64,000 bases of DNA, from positions 1,552 to 65,551 of the forward strand of contig DASTBV010000100.1 of NCBI GenBank assembly GCA_035711805.1. The letters run 5' to 3'. Under the pieces are notes generated by a model. That model saw nothing but the letters and a program-made list of their open reading frames with translations, was not told where the DNA came from and made no database searches. Below are positions 1-7,340 of the stretch, in pieces. The stretch is from Vicinamibacterales bacterium. GTDB lineage: Bacteria > Acidobacteriota > Vicinamibacteria > Vicinamibacterales > UBA2999. Numbering within the stretch: the stretch's first letter is position 1; every line of letters begins with the position of its first letter. Both the position numbers and the translations under genes were made by a program.

Positions 1-2
1 AC

Positions 3-173
3 CTACGGCAATTGCGCGATCGTCCGCTGCAGCACGCCCTCGAGCTGATACAGCGTCTCGCGGAACCGGGGCGAATCGGTATGCGAAATCTCGCGCCGCA
101 AATCGATGAGTTTTGCTTCGAGGAATTCCTTCAGCGTTCGACCGTCATCCTCGGCGATGGAGATGGAAAGCAT
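3..173 (-). CDS. small hypothetical protein (56 aa)
   Basis: Below the 60-aa cut-off of the ORF track, so translated by hand. ATG at 173..171 and TAG at 5..3. Translation: MLSISIAEDDGRTLKEFLEAKLIDLRREISHTDSPRFRETLYQLEGVLQRTIAQLP. A GAAAGGGG Shine-Dalgarno-like run lies 6 nt upstream. It is co-directional and 37 nt downstream of the TIGR03435 gene. No family recognised. Confidence 0.3.
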   Translation of the reverse strand: MLSISIAEDDGRTLKEFLEAKLIDLRREISHTDSPRFRETLYQLEGVLQRTIAQLP

Positions 174-210
174 GGCCAGCCCCTTTCACGATCAGGATGA
201 CACAAGAACC

Positions 211-993
211 TTAGTCGGCGGTGGGCCGGTCCACGGAATCGACGACGAGCATTCTGATCGGACCCCTTCGCGCGTCCAGACGAAGTCCTAATTGTTCAGG
301 CAACGCCGTAAAGAGCGACGGCGCATCGGCAGTGGCCTCCTGCGATTCTGGCGTCCAACGCAAGTTGATCTCGAAGTTGCCGGCGAGGCCGGTCGCATCC
401 GTCACAGGTCGACCGGTGAGTTGCGACAGGAGTTCGGCGAGTAGCGGCAGCTCGACGTTGGGGGCGCGTAGCGTGCCCGATTTGATCTGCATTGCGCAGT
501 CGGTGCCGCACGGCTTGGCCGGGGCGAGTGCTTTCGCCGCGCGCTCCTTGTCGTCGACGACGAGCGCGTACACCTGCCCCGGGCGCTCTTCGAAATGCGC
601 GCGGAAGCTGAAGCGTTCGGCGAGGAGTGACTGCAACATCAACTGCACCAGCGCGTACTTATCGCCGGGCGCCCACGTGGTGTCCTCCCTCAGTTCACGA
701 TCGGTCACCGCCGTAATGTCGAAGCGTTCGGATTCCGTCCACGAGGGAGCATCGACGATCTGGTAGAGCTGCAGCGTGTATGCCGCGCGAATGAGCTGCT
801 TGAGCGGTATATCGGTCGCCGCGAATCGGCCGCCAGGTTGGATCGCGAACCGTATTACGCCTTCGCTGTTCTTGTTCGGTTTGACCGACGCCACGTCGAA
901 CCTGGGCCGCTCGGCATCCGCTGATTGCGCCCATCCCGTTGCCGCCGATACGAGGAGGACGAACGCGATGCCAGCTCGAATTCGCATATCCAT
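211..993 (-). CDS. TIGR03435-family secreted protein (Acidobacteria-type)
   Basis: Internal ATG at 993 of track ORF 211..1635. Signal peptide MDMRIRAGIAFVLLVSAATGWAQS. Family-typical blocks follow: FDVASVKPN, GGRFAATDIPLKQLIRAAY, SERFDI, LFTALPEQLGLRL. The upstream 214 codons of the track ORF are antisense to the + gene at 1099 and are rejected. Confidence 0.85.
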   Translation of the reverse strand: MDMRIRAGIAFVLLVSAATGWAQSADAERPRFDVASVKPNKNSEGVIRFAIQPGGRFAATDIPLKQLIRAAYTLQLYQIVDAPSWTESERFDITAVTDRELREDTTWAPGDKYALVQLMLQSLLAERFSFRAHFEERPGQVYALVVDDKERAAKALAPAKPCGTDCAMQIKSGTLRAPNVELPLLAELLSQLTGRPVTDATGLAGNFEINLRWTPESQEATADAPSLFTALPEQLGLRLDARRGPIRMLVVDSVDRPTAD

Positions 994-1009
994 GCCAGTA
1001 TTAAACGTA

Positions 1010-1024
1010 CTTACATTATGTAAG
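1010..1024. promoter_or_regulatory. perfect palindrome CTTACAT-T-ATGTAAG in an AT-rich divergent intergenic region (candidate operator)
   Basis: The 7-bp arms were read directly. It lies 17 nt from the TIGR03435 start. Confidence 0.35.
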
Positions 1025-1098
1025 ACTTGCGCACACGTTGCAATCGGGCGGCAAAGGTGATTCACGAATGCGTAACGAACGACTGGTATGGTGCGCGG

Positions 1099-1677
1099 AT
1101 GACAGGGAAACGCCTGGCCGTACTTGCCGGAGCAGCACTCGTCGCGATCGCTTCGCTGGAAGGCGCCTCCGCGCAGCGGCCTCCAAATACTCCGCGCACG
1201 TTTCCGCAGTTCGCCGGCACCTGGGTCCTCGATGAACAGGCCAGCACCGGCACCCTCGGCATGGCCCCGCGCATTCCGCGAACTCTCACGATTACCGCGA
1301 CGCCAGAGGTGCTCACGCTGACGGAGCGCCTCCGCCTGCGTCCAGGCGACAACATCAGCGAGCTGCAGGTGAGAGCCGTCCGCTTCGACGGCACACCGGC
1401 GATTCGGGATCGCGACAGCCAGGCCTACGAATACCAGGACACCTTCCTGCTCGTCGCGGACATGCTCGTGGTCAGCACCAAAAGCATCAGGCGGCGCGAC
1501 AGGAACGTGTTCGACCTGGCGACGGACGCGTTCTCGGTGGAGGGCGACGTCTTGACGATGCATCGGCAGCTCAGTCACGTCGAGCCGCCGGGTCACATCG
1601 CAACGATGGGATTCGCTCCCAACAACTTCAAGCACACCTACGTCTACAGACGCGCGACTGCGGAACCTTCTAAGTGA
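1099..1677 (+). CDS. hypothetical secreted protein
   Basis: ATG at 1099, in frame inside track ORF 1027..1677. Signal peptide MTGKRLAVLAGAALVAIASLEGASA. No family recognised. Its 3' end overlaps the convergent MFS gene by 8 nt. Confidence 0.6.
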   Translation: MTGKRLAVLAGAALVAIASLEGASAQRPPNTPRTFPQFAGTWVLDEQASTGTLGMAPRIPRTLTITATPEVLTLTERLRLRPGDNISELQVRAVRFDGTPAIRDRDSQAYEYQDTFLLVADMLVVSTKSIRRRDRNVFDLATDAFSVEGDVLTMHRQLSHVEPPGHIATMGFAPNNFKHTYVYRRATAEPSK

Positions 1678-2881
1678 CCTCCTCCGGCGCTTTCAGATGG
1701 CGGAACGATCTGTAGAGCGCGATGTCATAGAAGATTTTCAGCGTCGCGCCGATGACGATCGGCGCCGCCAGGGACACATGCTGCATGACGGTGCCGCCAA
1801 CCAACGGACCGACGGCCCAGCCCGCATTGCGCGTGACGTTCGTCATCCCGCTCGCGTAGGTTCGGGCCGACGGCGGCACGACCGCCATCACGTATGACTG
1901 CCGCGTCGGAACGTCCATCTCCACGAGCGCCTCACGGGCCAGGAACAGCGCGGCCGCGGCACCGGCTGTCGGAGCCGTGGGTGCGAGCATCATGAAGACG
2001 CTCGAGGGCAGGTGCGTCAGCACCATGGTGTTGACCAGGCCGATGCGCCTGGCCATCCACGCGGCCGCAAGATGCGAGACGACATTCAGGATTCGCGCGG
2101 CAAAGAACAGGTAGGCCAGCTGCACTTCAGTCGTGCCGTAACGCTCGAAGAACCAGTAGGCGACGAGCGCCGAGCTGAGGAAGCCGCCGCCAATGCTGTC
2201 GATCGCGAAGAGTCCGGCAATCCGGCGGACGACGGCGCGCGTACGCGGATCGACGGCGTCGTTCGTCATGAACCCCGGCGCAGGCACAGGCGCGACGTGC
2301 GGGCGCAGCAACAGATACGGAATGGTCGAGGCGCAAACCGCGATCCCGCAGAGCACGAACGTCAGCGCGCGGCCGTCGACCGCGCTCATGTCCAGTGCGC
2401 CGGCAAAGACAGTGGGCAGTGCGGCGCCCAGCGCGCCCAGCGCGTGGCCGGAATCGACGACGACGTTGTACCAGGCCATCGTCCAGGTACGCCGCTCGTC
2501 CGTGGTCGTCGCGGGCAGAAGCGCCTGTTCGAGCGCGGAGGCCGGGCCGCGGTCGCGGCCCAGACCGTTGAGCATGGCGACCGCCGCGATCAGCATCAGA
2601 ACAGGAACCGCGGCGGTGAATGCCAGGGCCGCGTAGCCAGCACCTGAGAGCAGGCTCAACACGACGAGCGTTCGCCGCGGACCCCATCGATCCGCGCGGA
2701 GCGCCGCGATGATGGTGCCTGCGGCGCTCGCGGCTATCCCAGTCCCGATGATCAGACCGATCGCGCCGACGGACAGACCGCGGCTGGCGAGGTGAATGAC
2801 GATGAGGACGCCGACAAGGCTGATCGCCGCGGCGCGCGTGCCGCCCGCGGCACAGATCAGCGCCGCATCGCGAGTGACTAT
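1670..2881 (-). CDS. MFS transporter (12 predicted TM segments); start codon unresolved
   Basis: About 12 hydrophobic segments. The MFS loop 2-3 motif ADRWGPRRTL is present. TM1 begins right after the stop of the upstream esterase. There is no in-frame ATG/GTG/TTG between 2881 and the first upstream ATG at 3022. AGGAGG lies at 2898..2893 (minus strand). Confidence 0.75.
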   Translation of the reverse strand: MVTRDAALICAAGGTRAAAISLVGVLIVIHLASRGLSVGAIGLIIGTGIAASAAGTIIAALRADRWGPRRTLVVLSLLSGAGYAALAFTAAVPVLMLIAAVAMLNGLGRDRGPASALEQALLPATTTDERRTWTMAWYNVVVDSGHALGALGAALPTVFAGALDMSAVDGRALTFVLCGIAVCASTIPYLLLRPHVAPVPAPGFMTNDAVDPRTRAVVRRIAGLFAIDSIGGGFLSSALVAYWFFERYGTTEVQLAYLFFAARILNVVSHLAAAWMARRIGLVNTMVLTHLPSSVFMMLAPTAPTAGAAAALFLAREALVEMDVPTRQSYVMAVVPPSARTYASGMTNVTRNAGWAVGPLVGGTVMQHVSLAAPIVIGATLKIFYDIALYRSFRHLKAPEEVT

Positions 2882-4488
2882 TTGCGTGCCTTTGCCTCCT
2901 CGCGGCGCCAGGCGAAGTAGGCATCCATCGCTTTGATCTGTGCCATGTTCGGCAGCGGCCGCGCGCTCGACTTGGCGTCGAAGTGCATCACCGTTTGCGA
3001 CGACTCGGTGAAGGCCGGCCATTTCGGCAGTCCGGGCCCGTTCGGGTCGCCAGTCCGGGCGAAGTTGACGAAATAACTGCTCATCAACTCGGACATTGCG
3101 TGATCGTCGGGCTGCGGTTTCCCGACGAGGGCAGCCGGACCGCTGAACATGCCAAGCGTCCGGAACACGTACGGGATTTCCGCGGCGTGACCGGCGCCGT
3201 TCCGTGACAGGGACGTGCGGTGATCGAAGTAGTAGACGAAGGCCTTGCCGCTGCCGTGCTTCGACTGCAGCATCGCCCACGCCCACGCCGGCCACCCGAA
3301 CGTCGTGTCGCGCATCACGTTGCGCATGCTCTGCGAGGCTTCCGCGTCGGTCGCGTGAGGATACACGGCAAGGAGCTTCTCGGCATGCTCCCCGTAACCC
3401 GCGCGAAGCGACTTTTCAAGTACCGCCGCCGAAGTGATCCCCGGAGAAAACGTGATGCCCTCGTCGGAATTCGAACCGATCAGCACCGGCGTGTCGTTGA
3501 ACCGTTTCGCCTGATACAGCTCGTACTGATCGCCAGGGAGGACGTCGCCGTCGAACACGGGCCAGAACGCGCCCTGCAGCCCTGGCCCCATGGCCGCCTG
3601 AATCTTTTCCGCCGGCACCTGCCTGGCCGATTGGATGTCCGCAGCGCCGAGCCTTTTCAGAAACGCCTGGCCGATTCCTTCCGCCACCTTCAATGGAGGC
3701 GACGTGGCGCCACCGATCGTGCCGGTCCGCGCCGGACCGAAATGACCACCGCTCTGTGAGATCGCGCGATGGAAGAGGCCGTTCGCGGCCGGCGACGCGG
3801 CCAGCATGCTGACCGACATCCCCCCGGCGGACTCGCCGAAGATCGTCACGGCGTTCGGATCGCCGCCGAACTTCGCGATGTTGTCCTTCACCCACCGCAG
3901 GGCGGCAATCTGATCCTGCAGACCGTAATTGCCCGACCCCTTGCCGCCTGCCCCGAGCGGAGGCGAAGCGCGCTCTTTCGTTAACTCGGGATGCGCGAGG
4001 AACCCGAACGGCCCGACGCGATACGCGATGCTGACGAGAACGACGCCTTTTCCGGCCAACGGCGCGCCGTCGTAGGCCGGAATGCTCGTCATGCCACTCG
4101 AGAACGCCCCGCCGTAGATCCACACCATCACCGGGCGGCGTTCCCGCGCCGCCTTGGCCGGCGTCCAGACGTTCAGGTAGAGGCAGTCCTCGCCCGTCGC
4201 CTCGGGCGCGCCGAACAACTTGCCGATCGACACGTCCTGAACGCAGCTCGGCGCAAACGTCGTTGCCGCCTTCACGCCACTCCAGCTGTTCACCGGCTGT
4301 GGAGACTTCCAGCGCAAATCGCCCACGGGCGGCGCGGCAAACGGAATGCCCTTGAACGCGGCGATTCCATTGGCCACCGCGCCCGACACGCGGCCACCGG
4401 TCACCTCGACCTCACGGATTTGCGCGCCGCCTGTTGCAGCAGCCAGCAACTGCGTCGCGGCGCACACGACGACGACTCGTTTCCTCAT
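2878..4488 (-). CDS. carboxylesterase/lipase, type B family, secreted
   Basis: ATG at 4488 inside track ORF 2878..5091. Signal peptide MRKRVVVVCAATQLLAAATGGAQ. Motifs: EDCLYLNVW, the oxyanion block IYGGAF, and the nucleophile elbow FGESAGG. Confidence 0.9.
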   Translation of the reverse strand: MRKRVVVVCAATQLLAAATGGAQIREVEVTGGRVSGAVANGIAAFKGIPFAAPPVGDLRWKSPQPVNSWSGVKAATTFAPSCVQDVSIGKLFGAPEATGEDCLYLNVWTPAKAARERRPVMVWIYGGAFSSGMTSIPAYDGAPLAGKGVVLVSIAYRVGPFGFLAHPELTKERASPPLGAGGKGSGNYGLQDQIAALRWVKDNIAKFGGDPNAVTIFGESAGGMSVSMLAASPAANGLFHRAISQSGGHFGPARTGTIGGATSPPLKVAEGIGQAFLKRLGAADIQSARQVPAEKIQAAMGPGLQGAFWPVFDGDVLPGDQYELYQAKRFNDTPVLIGSNSDEGITFSPGITSAAVLEKSLRAGYGEHAEKLLAVYPHATDAEASQSMRNVMRDTTFGWPAWAWAMLQSKHGSGKAFVYYFDHRTSLSRNGAGHAAEIPYVFRTLGMFSGPAALVGKPQPDDHAMSELMSSYFVNFARTGDPNGPGLPKWPAFTESSQTVMHFDAKSSARPLPNMAQIKAMDAYFAWRREEAKARK

Positions 4489-4527
4489 GGCGCGGATTAT
4501 CCCACCGGAATCGTATATCTTCGGTTC

Positions 4528-5316
4528 ATGGCCGACTTCACCGCGCATGCACCGGGCACGTTCTCCTGGGTCGAGCTCATGACCACCGACGCGAAAGCCG
4601 GCGTCGCGTTCTACCGCAACCTCTTCGGGTGGGACGTCGTCGAGCACGACATGGGCCCGGATGGCGTCTATACGATCTTCACGATGCGGGGGCGGGATGT
4701 CGCCGCCGGCGCCAGTCTGCCGCAGGACGAGCGACAGATGGGCATCCCCTCGCACTGGAACCTGTACGTCTCCGTTCCGAACGCGGACGACGCCGTGAAG
4801 CGCGCCGCCTCGCTCGACGCCACGGTTCTGTTCGGGCCATTCGATGTCATGACGCACGGGCGGATGGCCGTGATTCAGGATCCGAGCGGCGCCGTCTTTC
4901 ACGTCTGGGAGCCGAAGGCGCACATCGGCGTGAAGGTTCGCAACGAACCGGGCGCGCTCTGCTGGGCCGAGCTGACCACACGCGACCCGAAGAAGGCGGA
5001 GACGTTCTATACGCAGATGTTCGGGTGGAGCGCCAAGCACAGCGCACCGGCGGCGGTGATGGACTACACGGAGTTCAGCGTCAACGGACAACCCGGCGTC
5101 GGGATGATGGCGATGCCCGAGAGTATGCCGGCGCCGGTGCCGTCGTACTGGATGCCCTACTTCCAGGTCGCCGACCTGGACGCGTCAGCCGCTCAAGCGA
5201 AAAGCCTCGGCGCGTCGGTTATGGTGGGGCCGAACGCGATTCCGGACGGCGGACGGTTCGTCATCCTGCAGGACCCGCAGAAGGCGATGTTCGCGGTGTA
5301 CCAGGCGGCGCGATAG
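4528..5316 (+). CDS. VOC (glyoxalase/bleomycin-resistance) family protein, two tandem domains
   Basis: ATG at 4528 inside track ORF 3991..5316. Two repeats of the pattern F[YT]..[LM]FGW...... followed by G.[RM].....DP.....F.V[WY]. It is divergent from the esterase with only a 39-nt gap. Confidence 0.85.
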   Translation: MADFTAHAPGTFSWVELMTTDAKAGVAFYRNLFGWDVVEHDMGPDGVYTIFTMRGRDVAAGASLPQDERQMGIPSHWNLYVSVPNADDAVKRAASLDATVLFGPFDVMTHGRMAVIQDPSGAVFHVWEPKAHIGVKVRNEPGALCWAELTTRDPKKAETFYTQMFGWSAKHSAPAAVMDYTEFSVNGQPGVGMMAMPESMPAPVPSYWMPYFQVADLDASAAQAKSLGASVMVGPNAIPDGGRFVILQDPQKAMFAVYQAAR

Positions 5317-5344
5317 GTCCGCCTAAAGGCGGACACTACGACGG
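5317..5344 (+). repeat. REP-like hairpin element, canonical copy
   Basis: GTCCGCC-TAAA-GGCGGAC-ACTACGACGG. It directly abuts the VOC stop codon and lies between convergent genes. Confidence 0.9.
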
Positions 5345-5348
5345 CGGA

Positions 5349-6800
5349 TTACGACGGCTTCGACTTGATGTTCCTGACCATCTGATCAAACGGTTCGATG
5401 ACGCCGTGGACGGGGACGCTTCGCTCGATCTTCAACCCGCGGCGCTCGAGGTTCCGCAGCACGTTCTCGCCCCACGAGTGGCGCAGCCATGTGGCGTCGT
5501 AGAGGTCGGCCTGCACCAGGATCCGATCGCGCGGCACATAGGCGTAGATGTTCGTGCCTTCGCGCGGGTTGTCGAGCAGGTGATAGAGCTGCACTTCCAT
5601 CGACTCGTCCTTCAGCGTCAGCTGATCGTCGACGAGCTCGAAGGTCACCAGGCGGCGCACCTTCTCGAGTGTGTCCGGCGCGATGGTGTGCTGCCGCGCC
5701 ACCAGCGACGTGAAGAACGCTTCGTTGGACCTGTGCGTGACGATGGTCAGCCCCTCGGCGATCGCCACGCGCAGCCCGCCGGAGTGGTCGAAGTGGTGGT
5801 GCGACACGATCGCCTTCGTCAGCGGCTTGGGACTCAGCGTGCGCGCCTTGTCGATCACCGCCTTCGTCCGTGCCTCGTTGACCGGCGCCTCGAACAGAAC
5901 GAGGTGATCGTCGAACTCGAAGACGACGCTGCGGTGGTTGCCCGAACCGGCCAGCCACCAGATCCCTTTCGCCACCGGCTCAACCGTCACCACCACGGGC
6001 GACGGTTCCGGCGCCTTCGCCTGTCTGAGCGCGGCGGAGAGCGCCAGGTCCGACATATCGCCGTCGACGGCGTTCTTCGCCACCTGAAGATCGAGCTGGA
6101 GGTAATAGTCCATCTTCGTGGTGAGCCGCCGCGGCAGCTTCAGACCGCCGACCTCTTCGTAGTCTGAAAACCGCGTTTCGATTGCCACGTCGCCCATGTT
6201 CGGGTTGGCCGCCATCGACACCACGCGCGTCGGCAGATGCGTGGCGGCGTCGATACCCAGGGTCATGGTGCCGCCATCCGGCATGGCGATGTCCACGAGC
6301 CGTTCGCCGGCCCTGGCGCGGAGGTTCGACAAAGTGATGTCCGCGTCGACGATCGTTTTGAGGAACGTGACTGGATGATGCAGCAGCTCGCTGCGGCGAT
6401 CGCGCGCGGCAGCCGCACCGGCGCGGGAGACGGTTCCGCTGGCGGAGACGTTATAGGCGGCGTCGCCGTCGATTCCCTGCGTCTGCCGCTGCACCAGCTC
6501 ACCGGCGAAGAGGAACTGCGCTTCGCGCACCTGCTGCACGCGCGTTCGCCAGTTCACCAGGTCGATTCGCCGGGTGTACTCGGTGACCTTCCATACCGGC
6601 AGCTCGTCCTCCGGCGTGCGGTTCTGTCCCGCGTTCGGCGCCGTGCCGGTGCCTTGAATGGTCAGCGCCTTCACCTCCCTGATCCGGCCGGCGCCACCCA
6701 TCGCCTCGACGGCATCGTCGATGACCTGCTGTTCCTGGGTTGCCGGAGCGCAGGCGCACAGAAGGGATGCGACGAGAACGGTCGCGTATCGTGTGATCAC
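5349..6800 (-). CDS. MBL-fold metallo-hydrolase lipoprotein with N-terminal extra domain
   Basis: Lipobox-like N-terminus MITRYATVLVASLLCAC. The HHHFDHSGG (HxHxDH) motif is in the C-terminal half. Confidence 0.85.
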   Translation of the reverse strand: MITRYATVLVASLLCACAPATQEQQVIDDAVEAMGGAGRIREVKALTIQGTGTAPNAGQNRTPEDELPVWKVTEYTRRIDLVNWRTRVQQVREAQFLFAGELVQRQTQGIDGDAAYNVSASGTVSRAGAAAARDRRSELLHHPVTFLKTIVDADITLSNLRARAGERLVDIAMPDGGTMTLGIDAATHLPTRVVSMAANPNMGDVAIETRFSDYEEVGGLKLPRRLTTKMDYYLQLDLQVAKNAVDGDMSDLALSAALRQAKAPEPSPVVVTVEPVAKGIWWLAGSGNHRSVVFEFDDHLVLFEAPVNEARTKAVIDKARTLSPKPLTKAIVSHHHFDHSGGLRVAIAEGLTIVTHRSNEAFFTSLVARQHTIAPDTLEKVRRLVTFELVDDQLTLKDESMEVQLYHLLDNPREGTNIYAYVPRDRILVQADLYDATWLRHSWGENVLRNLERRGLKIERSVPVHGVIEPFDQMVRNIKSKPS

Positions 6801-6812
6801 TGGGACGTCACC

Positions 6813-7229
6813 TCAGCACCCGGCCGTTCCAACGGCTTCCGAGCCTTCGAACGCGCGGCCATCGATCGTTTTCCCAGTGACTCTGATGATCTGGTTCCCG
6901 CACGTAACCTGCATGTCGCGCACGCGCACCAGCAGCATCCGATCGACGTCCCCGTCCCGGTCGATATCCTCGAGCATCGACCGGAACACCGACGCTTCTT
7001 TCCCCTGTGGGCCGACGAGAATCGTCTCGGGATCGGCAGTCGCCGCGTCGAACTGCGGCGTCGTCAGAATCACGATCGGCAACATGCCTTCGCGTCCGGG
7101 CTCGATGGTCACCTTCTCGTCGCCGGGCTTCACGTCGATGGCGACCTTCAGCGGTGGCTGCATGGCGAGCGTCATCGACCCGGCGGCAACAATGGCGAAC
7201 AGTCCTCCTGCGAAGCAGTGCACGTGCAT
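6813..7229 (-). CDS. hypothetical secreted protein with Asp-rich Ca-binding-like loop
   Basis: ATG at 7229 inside track ORF 6813..8138. GGAGG lies 12 nt upstream. Hydrophobic N-terminus MHVHCFAGGLFAIVAAGSMTLA. A DIDRDGDVD loop is present. It sits 12 nt upstream of the MBL gene, so the two are probably co-transcribed. Confidence 0.55.
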   Translation of the reverse strand: MHVHCFAGGLFAIVAAGSMTLAMQPPLKVAIDVKPGDEKVTIEPGREGMLPIVILTTPQFDAATADPETILVGPQGKEASVFRSMLEDIDRDGDVDRMLLVRVRDMQVTCGNQIIRVTGKTIDGRAFEGSEAVGTAGC

Positions 7230-7282
7230 AGGTCGGCCTCCGGGCGAGATGATAACGCGCGCCGCCAACCCCGGTATGTGCT

Positions 7283-7298
7283 GGTTTCTTGACGAAAC
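7283..7298 (+). promoter_or_regulatory. partial copy of the shared upstream motif (GGTTTCTTGACGAAAC)
   Basis: It lies 43 nt upstream of the histidine-kinase ATG. It matches the core of the 11233 and 26355 copies at 15 of 16 positions and contains the -35-like TTGACG. Confidence 0.45.
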
Positions 7299-7340
7299 TC
7301 CGACAAATCTCCACGTCATCACACAATAGGGCTGCTTATA

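Noticed and set aside
12-291. + strand ORFs 12..200 and 106..291 at the window start
   Set aside because: One has a TTG start, and both translate poorly. The opposite strand gives a more protein-like 56-aa ORF with an SD-like sequence, and even that is kept only at low confidence.
994-1635. Upstream extensions of several track ORFs (211..1635, 2878..5091, 3991..5316, 6813..8138, 38128..39429, 52978..54390, 54977..55993, 19833..21260)
   Set aside because: In each case an internal ATG is followed immediately by a signal peptide or the family N-terminus. The extension either overlaps a neighbouring real gene or is REP-derived.
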